From an uncultured Planctomycetales bacterium (GTDB taxonomy: Bacteria > Omnitrophota > Gorgyraeia > Gygaellales > Profunditerraquicolaceae): DNA of 64,000 nt. The notes under the pieces are model-generated. The model did not search any database, was not told where the DNA came from, and saw nothing but the letters and a program-made list of their open reading frames with translations. The position numbers and the translations under genes are program-made. How positions within the stretch are numbered: position 1 is the stretch's first letter; the number at the start of each line of letters is the position of its first letter. The stretch lies in contig CAZRVK010000001.1 of the NCBI GenBank assembly GCA_964603585.1, positions 5,327-69,326 on the forward strand, given 5' to 3'. Below are positions 50,612-58,610 of this stretch, piece after piece.

Positions 50612-52153
50612 ATGAGTAAACGCTTAATATTATCGCTGGCAATTGCCATGCTGCTGGTAACTTCAGCCGCATACGCAGAAGTCCAGAATGTAAAAGTTAG
50701 CGGAGATATCACCATTGGTGGCGTCTTCCGTAACAACTTTGATTTAGCAAAAAGCCCCAGCAACAGCGAACCCACAACGATCAATAGCCTTACATATCGC
50801 GATGAAGAAAAAGATATGTTCTCGATCACCAGGGTACGCGTGGATGCTGATCTTACCGATAATGTCGCCGTAGCAGTCCGTTTATTGAACGAAAGAAACT
50901 GGAATGGCGAATCAGCTGAAGGCACTGGCGAAAACAATAGAAACATCGGCTTAAATGCAGCAAATGCTGTTGATGAGCAGGATGTGGATATTGATTTAGC
51001 CTATGTAACGTTAAAGGAATTCTTATATTCACCTTTAACTTTAACTGTTGGCCGTCAGGAACTGCATTTCGGTAATGATTGGATCATCGGAGATCCGGAC
51101 ACCAATGGTTTTGCATTAAGGTCAGCTTTAGCCGAAGGCGATTTAAGCTCACGCAAAGCCTTTGATGCTGTACGCGCCACATTTGATTATAATCCTTTAG
51201 TTTTGGATATAATCTATGCAAAATTGGGTGAGAACAACACCGTATTCAATGATGACACAACTTTGTACGGTCTTAATGCTGCATATGAACTGAACAAAAA
51301 CAACACAATCGAAGGTTTCTTCTTCTCCAAGATAAAAGGCACAAACGCTGCAGCTGCCACGAATATCGATGGAGCAACCTTAACAACGTTAGGTGAAGTA
51401 GTCAAAGATAAGGGCGATATCGTCCACACTGTCGGTGCCCGCGTTGTCAATAAGTCAGTAAAGAACCTTACTATTGACGCACAAGGTGCATTCCAGTTTG
51501 GTACATACAACCCGAAATTCGATCCTAATGCAAGATATGATAACGCCGGTGTAGAAACTGATTTAACTACTGCAAAAGTCGGTAATCGTCGCGCATGGGG
51601 ATTAGAAGTACTCGCAGCATATGACCTCAAGGATGTCTCAAAGATCGCTAAATATAACCCGATGGTCAGCGCCGGTTATATTTATCTTTCTGGCGAAAAC
51701 AGAGACAGGGTCGGTGGTGGAACTTACCATGGCTGGGATCCAATGTTCGAGAATCAAACATTCGGACACATCATCAATGCCATCTTTGGTTTCTCTAATG
51801 TAACCGGTTATATTTTAACCGCACAGGCGAAACCCATGAATGACATCTCGATGAAGCTTGATTATGTCCGTCTGTGGTTCAACAAACAGTATCCTGCAGT
51901 TACAAACGCTGTCTTATCAGGAGTTTCCACTGCAAGACAGTTCACCATGGGTAAAACCAACTACTTAGGGCAGGAGTTTGATTTAACTACAACCTACGAT
52001 TATACCGAAGATGTTCAGTTCTCGCTTTTAGGCGGTATATTCCTTCCTGGAAAGTCAATCAACAAGACTTCCACTCAAGGTTTAGTAGCTAATGAGAACC
52101 CAATGAGAGCCGTTGCCACTGAAGTTGTCGGTTCTATGAAAGTAACATTCTAA
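50612..52153 (+). CDS. outer-membrane beta-barrel protein (porin-like)
   Basis: Signal peptide MSKRLILSLAIAMLLVTSAAYA, alternating amphipathic beta-strand pattern, C-terminal Phe (MKVTF). Strong RBS AGGAGG. Confidence 0.6.
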   Translation: MSKRLILSLAIAMLLVTSAAYAEVQNVKVSGDITIGGVFRNNFDLAKSPSNSEPTTINSLTYRDEEKDMFSITRVRVDADLTDNVAVAVRLLNERNWNGESAEGTGENNRNIGLNAANAVDEQDVDIDLAYVTLKEFLYSPLTLTVGRQELHFGNDWIIGDPDTNGFALRSALAEGDLSSRKAFDAVRATFDYNPLVLDIIYAKLGENNTVFNDDTTLYGLNAAYELNKNNTIEGFFFSKIKGTNAAAATNIDGATLTTLGEVVKDKGDIVHTVGARVVNKSVKNLTIDAQGAFQFGTYNPKFDPNARYDNAGVETDLTTAKVGNRRAWGLEVLAAYDLKDVSKIAKYNPMVSAGYIYLSGENRDRVGGGTYHGWDPMFENQTFGHIINAIFGFSNVTGYILTAQAKPMNDISMKLDYVRLWFNKQYPAVTNAVLSGVSTARQFTMGKTNYLGQEFDLTTTYDYTEDVQFSLLGGIFLPGKSINKTSTQGLVANENPMRAVATEVVGSMKVTF

Positions 52154-52177
52154 TAGTACGTATGTATTCACCAAAAG

Positions 52178-52213
52178 CCCTCGAGGGAGCAATCCCTCGG
52201 GGGTTTTTGTTTT
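52178..52213 (+). terminator. rho-independent terminator after the OMP gene
   Basis: CCCTCGAGGGA-GCAA-TCCCTCGGGGG stem-loop followed by TTTTTGTTTT. Confidence 0.8.
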
Positions 52214-52245
52214 AGGTGGTAGGTGTTAGGTAATAGGTGTTAGGG
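52214..52245. repeat. left inverted repeat (GGTGTTAGG units) flanking the four-helix-bundle gene
   Basis: AGGTGGTAGGTGTTAGGTAATAGGTGTTAGGG is the reverse complement of the CACCTAACACC run at 52613-52651. Confidence 0.7.
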
Positions 52246-52248
52246 AAA

Positions 52249-52623
52249 ATGCAAGATAAAATAAATAGCTTTGAAGATTTAAAGGTATATCAGAAATTAT
52301 GTAAGTTGCATATTGAAATACACTATTTAACCCTAACCTCCCCTGATATCGAAAAGTTTGAATTAGCTTCCCAATTAAGACGATCAACAAATTCTGCCCC
52401 AGCAAACCTCGCAGAAGGCTGGAATAACAAAAACTTAAATATATATTTAGAAGGGATTAACCGCAGCCAAGGAGAAATCAGAGAAACAAAACATCATTTA
52501 TCTATGGCATATCATAAAAAATATATTGCTGAAAATAAATTTAAATATTTTACACAGGAATATGATGATTGTGGTAAAATGTTAACCGGCCTAAGAAATT
52601 CATTGGAAAAACACAACACCTAA
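52249..52623 (+). CDS. four-helix-bundle protein (23S rRNA intervening-sequence protein family)
   Basis: FEDLKVYQKLCKLHIEIHYLT...ELASQLRRSTNSAPANLAEGW...RSQGEIRETKHHL matches the family. About 125 aa. The stop codon lies inside the right-hand IR. Confidence 0.7.
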   Translation: MQDKINSFEDLKVYQKLCKLHIEIHYLTLTSPDIEKFELASQLRRSTNSAPANLAEGWNNKNLNIYLEGINRSQGEIRETKHHLSMAYHKKYIAENKFKYFTQEYDDCGKMLTGLRNSLEKHNT

Positions 52624-52651
52624 CACCAGACACCTAACACCAAACACCTAA
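52613..52651. repeat. right inverted repeat (CACCTAACACC units) flanking the four-helix-bundle gene
   Basis: ACAACACCTAACACCAGACACCTAACACCAAACACCTAAG. Confidence 0.7.
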
Positions 52652-52654
52652 GCT

Positions 52655-54202
52655 ATGCTAAACCTCGCCTTTATTTTCCACATGCACCAGCCGTATTACA
52701 AGAACCTGCTCACTAACGAGACTGAACTCCCCTGGGTACGCCTGCACGGGGTCAAGGATTACATCGATATGGCTTTAGTGCTGAACAAATTCCCGGATAT
52801 CCATCAGACGTTCAATTTCGTGCCATCGCTTCTGGAACAGGCCGAAGATTATACTGACCGCTCGGTCAAGGATAAATTCCTTGAGCTTTCCTATAAACAT
52901 GCCGATGAATTGACAGCTCATGAAAAAGAGTTCATTATTAATAATTTCTTTATGATTGACCGCGACCATGTAATCGCCATGCATCCGCGTTATTATGAAC
53001 TCTATTATAAAAAAGAGGAGAACCGCCATTTCAGCCTGCAGGATATCCTTGACCTCCAGGTATGGTTCAATCTTGCCTGGATAGACCCTTATTTCAGGGA
53101 AACTATTCCCGAATTAAAGAAAATAACGGCTAAAGCCAGGTTTTTCACGGAAGAAGAGAAACATATTGTCTTAGATAAGCAAATATTCATTATAGAAGAC
53201 CTCTTTGAAACCTATAAAGACTTTATCGCAAAAAAACAGGTAGAGGTAAGTATAACCCCATATTACCATCCCATTCTGCCCCTTTTATGCAATACGAACA
53301 TTGCCAAAGAAGCAAATTTAAAAACCATTCTACCGAAGATCGGTTTTTCTTACCCAGAAGACGCCAAACAACAGATTAATGATGCGGTAAGTTACTTTAA
53401 AGCGAAATTCGGCAGTGCGCCGCTTGGCATGTGGCCATCAGAAGAGGGGGTAAGCGAACATATCCTGCCGTTTATAATAGATTCGGGTATAAAATGGATA
53501 GTAGCCGATGAAGCCATCCTCTTTAAATCAATGAAATCAAAGAAAAGGGACACTAAACTCCTGTATCAGCCGCATCTTTTAAGCCGGGCCAACGGAGACT
53601 TGAATATCGTTTTCCGTGACCGTAACCTGTCGGATCTTATTGGCTTTAATTATCACAAGTGGGAAACTAAAGCCGCCGTAGATGACTTTATGCACCATTT
53701 AAAGAACACTGCCGATGCCTTCGGCGGCAAAGACATACTCCTTACCATCGCTATGGATGGAGAAAATGCCTGGGAATACTACCATAATGACGGGCATGAT
53801 TTCCTGGAATTGTTATATACAAAACTATCCGAAGCTAAATTCGTAAAGACCACGACTGTAAGCGAATATTTAAAGCGTCACCCCGCTACTCATAAGATCA
53901 AGCACTTGTCCGCCGGATCATGGATTTACGGTGAGTTCGGTAAATGGATCGGCAATCCCCATAAGGTCCGGGCTTGGGAGATATTGGCGATGGCACGCAA
54001 CGAACTTCAGGATATGATAGATAAAAAAGAGCATATTCCACCGCTGGCTTGGAAACAAATGCATATCTGTGAAGGAAGCGATTGGTTTTGGTGGTATGGC
54101 GAGGGACATACCGAATTCGACAAACTTTTCCGGCTGCATCTAAGTAATTTCTACACTATGCTTGGCAAGGAGATACCTCAACACCTTAAGAATCCCATAT
54201 AG
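52655..54202 (+). CDS. GH57 family alpha-glucan-active enzyme (branching enzyme / amylase-type)
   Basis: N-terminal LAFIFHMHQPYY, WIVADEAIL, AMDGENAWEY, and a C-terminal helical domain. 515 aa. Confidence 0.85.
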   Translation: MLNLAFIFHMHQPYYKNLLTNETELPWVRLHGVKDYIDMALVLNKFPDIHQTFNFVPSLLEQAEDYTDRSVKDKFLELSYKHADELTAHEKEFIINNFFMIDRDHVIAMHPRYYELYYKKEENRHFSLQDILDLQVWFNLAWIDPYFRETIPELKKITAKARFFTEEEKHIVLDKQIFIIEDLFETYKDFIAKKQVEVSITPYYHPILPLLCNTNIAKEANLKTILPKIGFSYPEDAKQQINDAVSYFKAKFGSAPLGMWPSEEGVSEHILPFIIDSGIKWIVADEAILFKSMKSKKRDTKLLYQPHLLSRANGDLNIVFRDRNLSDLIGFNYHKWETKAAVDDFMHHLKNTADAFGGKDILLTIAMDGENAWEYYHNDGHDFLELLYTKLSEAKFVKTTTVSEYLKRHPATHKIKHLSAGSWIYGEFGKWIGNPHKVRAWEILAMARNELQDMIDKKEHIPPLAWKQMHICEGSDWFWWYGEGHTEFDKLFRLHLSNFYTMLGKEIPQHLKNPI

Positions 54203-54267
54203 AAGTAAATAATCACCTGTCCGGCAACCCGATAAAGAAAATGGTTTTTATCGACTGAAACAAAAGG

Positions 54268-54296
54268 TTGACAGACAATCTATTTTATGTTATAAA
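54268..54296 (+). promoter_or_regulatory. sigma-70 promoter TTGACA-17-TATAAA
   Basis: Hexamers at 54268-54273 and 54291-54296, upstream of the 54308 gene. Confidence 0.6.
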
Positions 54297-54307
54297 ATAT
54301 CATTAAT

Positions 54308-54874
54308 TTGCAAATGGACAAAAAAGATATTTACGAACATCTTGCCAAAATATACCTTGACGCCTCTGATAAAAAGAATAAAAAAGGAAAACGGATACCA
54401 AACCGTAAGAATATTTTTGTCTTTGGTATCATCCTGGTGGCAGGAGTCAGCGTATTCCTATTTTCTGCTCTTAATAAAAATCGCCCGGCCGGCAGTGAAA
54501 CTGCTTTATACCTGGTGCCGGATATTGCTAAGATCAATTTTAATTTTGACCCGGCCAAACAGGAAAGCTATTCCCTTGACCTGAAGAAACTCGACCTGGG
54601 CCGGTATAAGACTCTTAGTTTTTCCGTAAAAAAGAGCAGCCAGTCGGATACAATCGCTTTAAAGCTTGAATTTACAAGCTCCTTTAAGGAGCATGCTTCG
54701 ATTTATCTTAAGGATATTCCGGTAAATTGGCGAGAATATAAAATATCCTTAAGCGATTTTAAGAATATAACCGACTGGTCGAACATGTCAAAGGTTTCAT
54801 TCATTATCGAGGAATGGAACACCAGAGTTAACAACGGGATCGTCTATCTTGAAAATATAAGATTTTTACGATAA
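54308..54874 (+). CDS. hypothetical single-pass membrane protein with beta-rich extracytoplasmic domain
   Basis: Basic N-terminus, a TM helix (IFVFGIILVAGVSVFLFSAL), and about 130 aa of unassigned domain. Confidence 0.45.
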   Translation: MQMDKKDIYEHLAKIYLDASDKKNKKGKRIPNRKNIFVFGIILVAGVSVFLFSALNKNRPAGSETALYLVPDIAKINFNFDPAKQESYSLDLKKLDLGRYKTLSFSVKKSSQSDTIALKLEFTSSFKEHASIYLKDIPVNWREYKISLSDFKNITDWSNMSKVSFIIEEWNTRVNNGIVYLENIRFLR

Positions 54875-54887
54875 GGAGGGGGCACGA

Positions 54888-55994
54888 ATGCGCATAATTG
54901 CGATCACTAACCAAAAAGGCGGATGCGGCAAGACCACAACCTCAATCAATCTTTCAGCTACCTTAGCCGCAAACGGCCGGCGCGTGCTGCTTATCGATTT
55001 AGATCCCCAGGCTCATGCTACTTTAGGCTTAAACCTGGCACCAGAATTCAGTATTTATAACGTACTTTCCAAACTTACTAACAAAAAAGTCCGCCTGGCG
55101 GATATCATACTCAACGTTTCCGGCAATTTCGATATTGCGCCCTCCAGTATTGTCTTAAGCACCCTGGAACAGGAGTTAGCCGGAGAGATCAGCCGGGAAT
55201 CCCGCCTTTGGGAGATATTAACCAATTTTGAGGGTAAATATGACTATATCCTTATCGATTGCCCTCCTAACCTGGGTATTTTGACCATTAACGCCATCCG
55301 GGCAGCAGGGGAGATCATCATCCCGGTCGAAGCCAGCCGTTTTTCACTCGAAGGATTATCACAGCTGATCGATATCATAACCCTGATCCAGGACCGCCTC
55401 AAACATATGGTCAATTACCGTGTTTTAGTTACTAACTTTGATTCTCGGTTAAGGCATTCCTTCAAAATACTTGATTATATTAAAGCCACGTTCAAAAACA
55501 GCTTATTCAGCAACATCATCCATGTAAATGTCAAGTTAAAAGAAGCCCAGAGCCAGGGGACCCACGTGCTTAATTACGATAAATACTGCCGTGGAGCAAA
55601 GGATTACTTCAGCTTAGCCAGAGAGATCATAACCCAGGAGAACAGCTTAACGCCCGCTAAAGAAGAAAAAGATAAAGCTATTTCCCTTTCTGATAAAATG
55701 AAAAAAGCGATCAAAGAAAACCTGCCAAAATTAAACGAGCTTGTATTTTCCATAACTGCTCCGGAAGCAAAAGAAGTTCACCTCGTAGGAGACTTTAATA
55801 ACTGGCAATTGGGTGAAGAAAGCAACATGTCCCGAGATAACGGTGCTTGGACAAAAAGATTGCCGCTTAATCCCGGAAAATACCACTACCGTTTTGTCGT
55901 AGATGGCACCTGGATCGAAGACCCGGCTAATCCAAGAACCGCTAAAAACCCTTTTGGCCAGATGAATTCCTTGATCGAAATTGAGAATAAATAG
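54888..55994 (+). CDS. ParA/MinD-family ATPase fused to a C-terminal CBM48/AMPK-beta-like glycogen-binding domain
   Basis: Deviant Walker A ITNQKGGCGKTTTSINL and the ParA core to about residue 255. The C-terminal 85 aa VFSITAPEAKEVHLVGDFNNWQ...GKYHYRFVVDGTWIEDPANP is the CBM48/E-set glycogen-binding signature. RBS AAGGAGGG. Confidence 0.8.
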   Translation: MRIIAITNQKGGCGKTTTSINLSATLAANGRRVLLIDLDPQAHATLGLNLAPEFSIYNVLSKLTNKKVRLADIILNVSGNFDIAPSSIVLSTLEQELAGEISRESRLWEILTNFEGKYDYILIDCPPNLGILTINAIRAAGEIIIPVEASRFSLEGLSQLIDIITLIQDRLKHMVNYRVLVTNFDSRLRHSFKILDYIKATFKNSLFSNIIHVNVKLKEAQSQGTHVLNYDKYCRGAKDYFSLAREIITQENSLTPAKEEKDKAISLSDKMKKAIKENLPKLNELVFSITAPEAKEVHLVGDFNNWQLGEESNMSRDNGAWTKRLPLNPGKYHYRFVVDGTWIEDPANPRTAKNPFGQMNSLIEIENK

Positions 55995-56013
55995 TGATTT
56001 AAGTGTGCCAAAG

Positions 56014-56361
56014 ATGACCGATAACACCACACCTAAAACCGCATTACCAGAGGCAAAAGAGATCCATGAAGGAAAATTCTTAGCTTCTGTGGCATATTGG
56101 ATGATCTTATGCATCCTGCCGCTGTTACTGATGAAACACAACAAATTTGCCGTCTATCATGGAAAACAGGGTCTGGTCTTATTTATTATCTTTATCGTAG
56201 CCTTTATTTTAGGAACGATCCCTTTTTTAGGCTGGATCATTTTCCGCATCGTGTGCCTGACCTATATTTTATTGGCCCTTTGGGGCACATTCCAGGCTTT
56301 ATCCGGCAAATATAGCCGTATACCGTTTATCTCCAGGATCGCGGACAAAATAATACTTTAA
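56014..56361 (+). CDS. DUF4870-family small membrane protein
   Basis: FLASVAYWMILCILPLLL...FAVYHGKQGLVLFII...IPFLGWI pattern with 3 TM helices. Confidence 0.55.
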   Translation: MTDNTTPKTALPEAKEIHEGKFLASVAYWMILCILPLLLMKHNKFAVYHGKQGLVLFIIFIVAFILGTIPFLGWIIFRIVCLTYILLALWGTFQALSGKYSRIPFISRIADKIIL

Positions 56362-56373
56362 CAAAGGTTACCG

Positions 56374-56739
56374 ATGTCTGTTAAGAAGATGAAGAAAAAA
56401 ACAAAAAAATCCCAACTAAAGAAAAACAAACGTAAGTCCACTCTAAAGAAAACACCCGCCAAAAGGAAAAAACCGGTATCCAAAATAAAAAAACCGGCAG
56501 TTGTAGGGATAATTACGCATTACTTTCCCAAGGTAAGGGCTGCGGTAATAAAATTAAAGATCCCTCTAAAGATAAATGACAGAATAAAAATTAAAGGGCA
56601 TACCACCGATTTTTGCCAGAATGTCACTTCAATGCAGGTAGATAAGCAAATACTCACACAGGCTAGAAAAGGCCAAATCATCGGGCTTTTAGTAGATTCC
56701 CGGGTACGCCATCATGATATCATCTATAAGGAATCGTAA
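56374..56739 (+). CDS. lysine-rich (histone H1-like tail) protein with C-terminal EF-Tu-domain-2-like beta-barrel
   Basis: The first 45 aa are more than 50% Lys/Arg (KKMKKKTKKSQLKKNKRKSTLKKTPAKRKKPVSKIKKP). The C-terminus VVGIITHYFPKVRAAVIKLK...GQIIGLLV resembles the EFTu_D2 barrel. Confidence 0.5.
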   Translation: MSVKKMKKKTKKSQLKKNKRKSTLKKTPAKRKKPVSKIKKPAVVGIITHYFPKVRAAVIKLKIPLKINDRIKIKGHTTDFCQNVTSMQVDKQILTQARKGQIIGLLVDSRVRHHDIIYKES

Positions 56740-57462
56740 ATGACCTTAGCCATCAGCATCATCACTAAAAATGGAATCGCCTTTGCCGCAGACAGCCGGG
56801 TCACAAGCGGCGACCCCAGAGGCCCGACTACGGTAAACGATACCGTTAAAAAGATATTCGAGCTTGGAAACTCCTGCGGGCTGACAATCGCCGGGGACGG
56901 CGGATTGGGAGCAAGTATTATAGACCTTATATATTATGAGCTGCACAAAAATCCCGAATACCTGTATTTAAGCGTCGATGAAATGCTTGCGGTCTGCCGG
57001 GAAAGCGCGATAAAAAGATACAATGAGTGGTTTGGCGGGGTAAATTTCGAAGATCGACCTACATTACATATCATATTAAGCGGTTATCGTAAGGATATCT
57101 CGACGGCACGATTCATCGATGCCCCAGAAATATTTACCTTGCACAGCGAACGCAATTTTGCTCCGCACCGCTGGACATTATTGGGATTCATGGCAATCGG
57201 GATTACGCCACTGGCGACATATCTGTTAAACACTCTTTATTCAAGAGAAATCAGCTTAAAACACGGGCTGGAGCTTGCGGCATTGGCGATCCTTGAGACC
57301 GCATCCCAGGATGGTAAAGTCGGCAAGGATATTCAACTGGCTTCATGCTCATTGGAACAAAAATTCAATATCTATTCCCAAGATGAAACCTATGAATATA
57401 TCTATCAAGCGCAACGTCATAAGGAAAACCTGAAAAAAGCGTTCTATAACAAAGAAAACTAA
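56740..57462 (+). CDS. proteasome beta-subunit homolog (Ntn hydrolase, Anbu/BPH-like), orphan
   Basis: Thr immediately after the initiator Met (MTLAISIITKNGIAFAADSRVTSG), a conserved Lys about 35 residues later (TVKKIFEL), and GLTIAGDGGLGASII. 240 aa. Start ATG overlaps the upstream stop (TAAATG). Confidence 0.65.
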   Translation: MTLAISIITKNGIAFAADSRVTSGDPRGPTTVNDTVKKIFELGNSCGLTIAGDGGLGASIIDLIYYELHKNPEYLYLSVDEMLAVCRESAIKRYNEWFGGVNFEDRPTLHIILSGYRKDISTARFIDAPEIFTLHSERNFAPHRWTLLGFMAIGITPLATYLLNTLYSREISLKHGLELAALAILETASQDGKVGKDIQLASCSLEQKFNIYSQDETYEYIYQAQRHKENLKKAFYNKEN

Positions 57463-57474
57463 AAAGGAGAAGAA

Positions 57475-57657
57475 ATGAGACTTTCAGAAGTCGAGAAAAA
57501 AGCACGTGACCTGGGGATCAAGAATACCTGGAAGTATTCAAAAAAAGACCTCATAAAAACCATTCAAGCTAAAGAAGGCAATATCGCCTGTTTTGCCACG
57601 GCAAAAGGATCCTGCACGCAAACACTTTGCTGTTGGAAAGAAGATTGCCTGCATTAA
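57475..57657 (+). CDS. small protein with Rho_N-like N-terminus and C-terminal Cys cluster
   Basis: Good RBS AAGGAGAAG. EVEKKARDLGIKNTWKYSKKDLIKTIQ resembles the Rho_N/SAP-like motif; then CFATAKGSCTQTLCCWKEDC. Confidence 0.35.
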   Translation: MRLSEVEKKARDLGIKNTWKYSKKDLIKTIQAKEGNIACFATAKGSCTQTLCCWKEDCLH

Positions 57658-57710
57658 TAACAATATAAGCCCAGCATTACGAACAATCACAAACAAAAGG
57701 ACAACCAACA

Positions 57711-57896
57711 ATGAAATATCGCTGCCAGATTTGTGACCGGGATATCGACGATTTCGCCAGTTTAACCCATATCAAAAGCGAAGAATACCTCCTAAAACTG
57801 ATCCAGAAGGACCACCCGGAGTGGACAGACGAAGAAAAAACCTGCCATCAGTGTATAGAGTATTACCGCAAGATGGTAAAAAGCGCTGAAATTTAA
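57711..57896 (+). CDS. small zinc-ribbon protein
   Basis: CQICDR ... CHQC (CxxC x2). 61 aa. Confidence 0.35.
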   Translation: MKYRCQICDRDIDDFASLTHIKSEEYLLKLIQKDHPEWTDEEKTCHQCIEYYRKMVKSAEI

Positions 57897-57952
57897 TAAA
57901 AACCCGATTCCCGGAGATTGATCATCGACGAGAGTATTTTCTTCAAATCCAA

Positions 57953-57978
57953 TTATTATGAGTACTTACTCATAATAA
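57953..57978. promoter_or_regulatory. perfect 12-bp inverted repeat TTATTATGAGTA-CT-TACTCATAATAA, candidate operator
   Basis: Seen directly in the sequence, about 70 bp upstream of the DUF134 gene start. Confidence 0.5.
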
Positions 57979-58045
57979 CCCGGGCGTTAAAAACAAGTAA
58001 GAATAAGTAAACCTGCGTATTTGCAGAATAAAATACAGGTAAATA

Positions 58046-58390
58046 ATGGAACCTCGCGGCAGGCCGAAAAAATACCGGATTGTCAGGCTGGACCCTAAAA
58101 TCAGCCAATTCAGCCCCAGAGGCCGTGCAGGCAGGCCGGATGAAACCGACCTGAACATGGATGAATTCGAAGCTATCAGGCTGGCAGATTTCCTGGGAGT
58201 AAAGCAAAAAGAAGCCGCAGAATCAATGCACATATCCCAACAAACCTTTAGCCGCATACTTAAAAAAGCCCACCGCAGAATTGCCGATTGCCTGGTTAAC
58301 GGCAAGATCATCAAGATCCAGGGCGGTTATTATGTAATCAGCTCAAAGATAGAGCACACTAGCCAGTCAAACACCCACAATAATTACTAA
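58046..58390 (+). CDS. DUF134 (UPF0251) family putative DNA-binding regulator
   Basis: RGRPKKYRIV...PRGR...EFEAIRLADFLGVKQKEAAESMHISQQTFSRILKKAHRRIADCLVNGKIIKI is the sigma-70 region-4-like HTH typical of DUF134. Confidence 0.65.
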   Translation: MEPRGRPKKYRIVRLDPKISQFSPRGRAGRPDETDLNMDEFEAIRLADFLGVKQKEAAESMHISQQTFSRILKKAHRRIADCLVNGKIIKIQGGYYVISSKIEHTSQSNTHNNY

Positions 58391-58610
58391 TCAGTAACCA
58401 TTAAAAGGAACTGCAAGCAAAGCGAAGCAGTGGCAAAACAATCTATTCAGGTATCAAATACCATTAATTAACCCCTCATCGGATGCCCTGACAACTTCCT
58501 ATAATATATCTTATGTTAACTACACATAAGCAGAATTCCTTTCTTAAGGTGTTGTGCTAAGGTGTGTTAGTAATAGGCGGGGTTTTGGCTTAAGAAACGG
58601 AATTAGTGGA

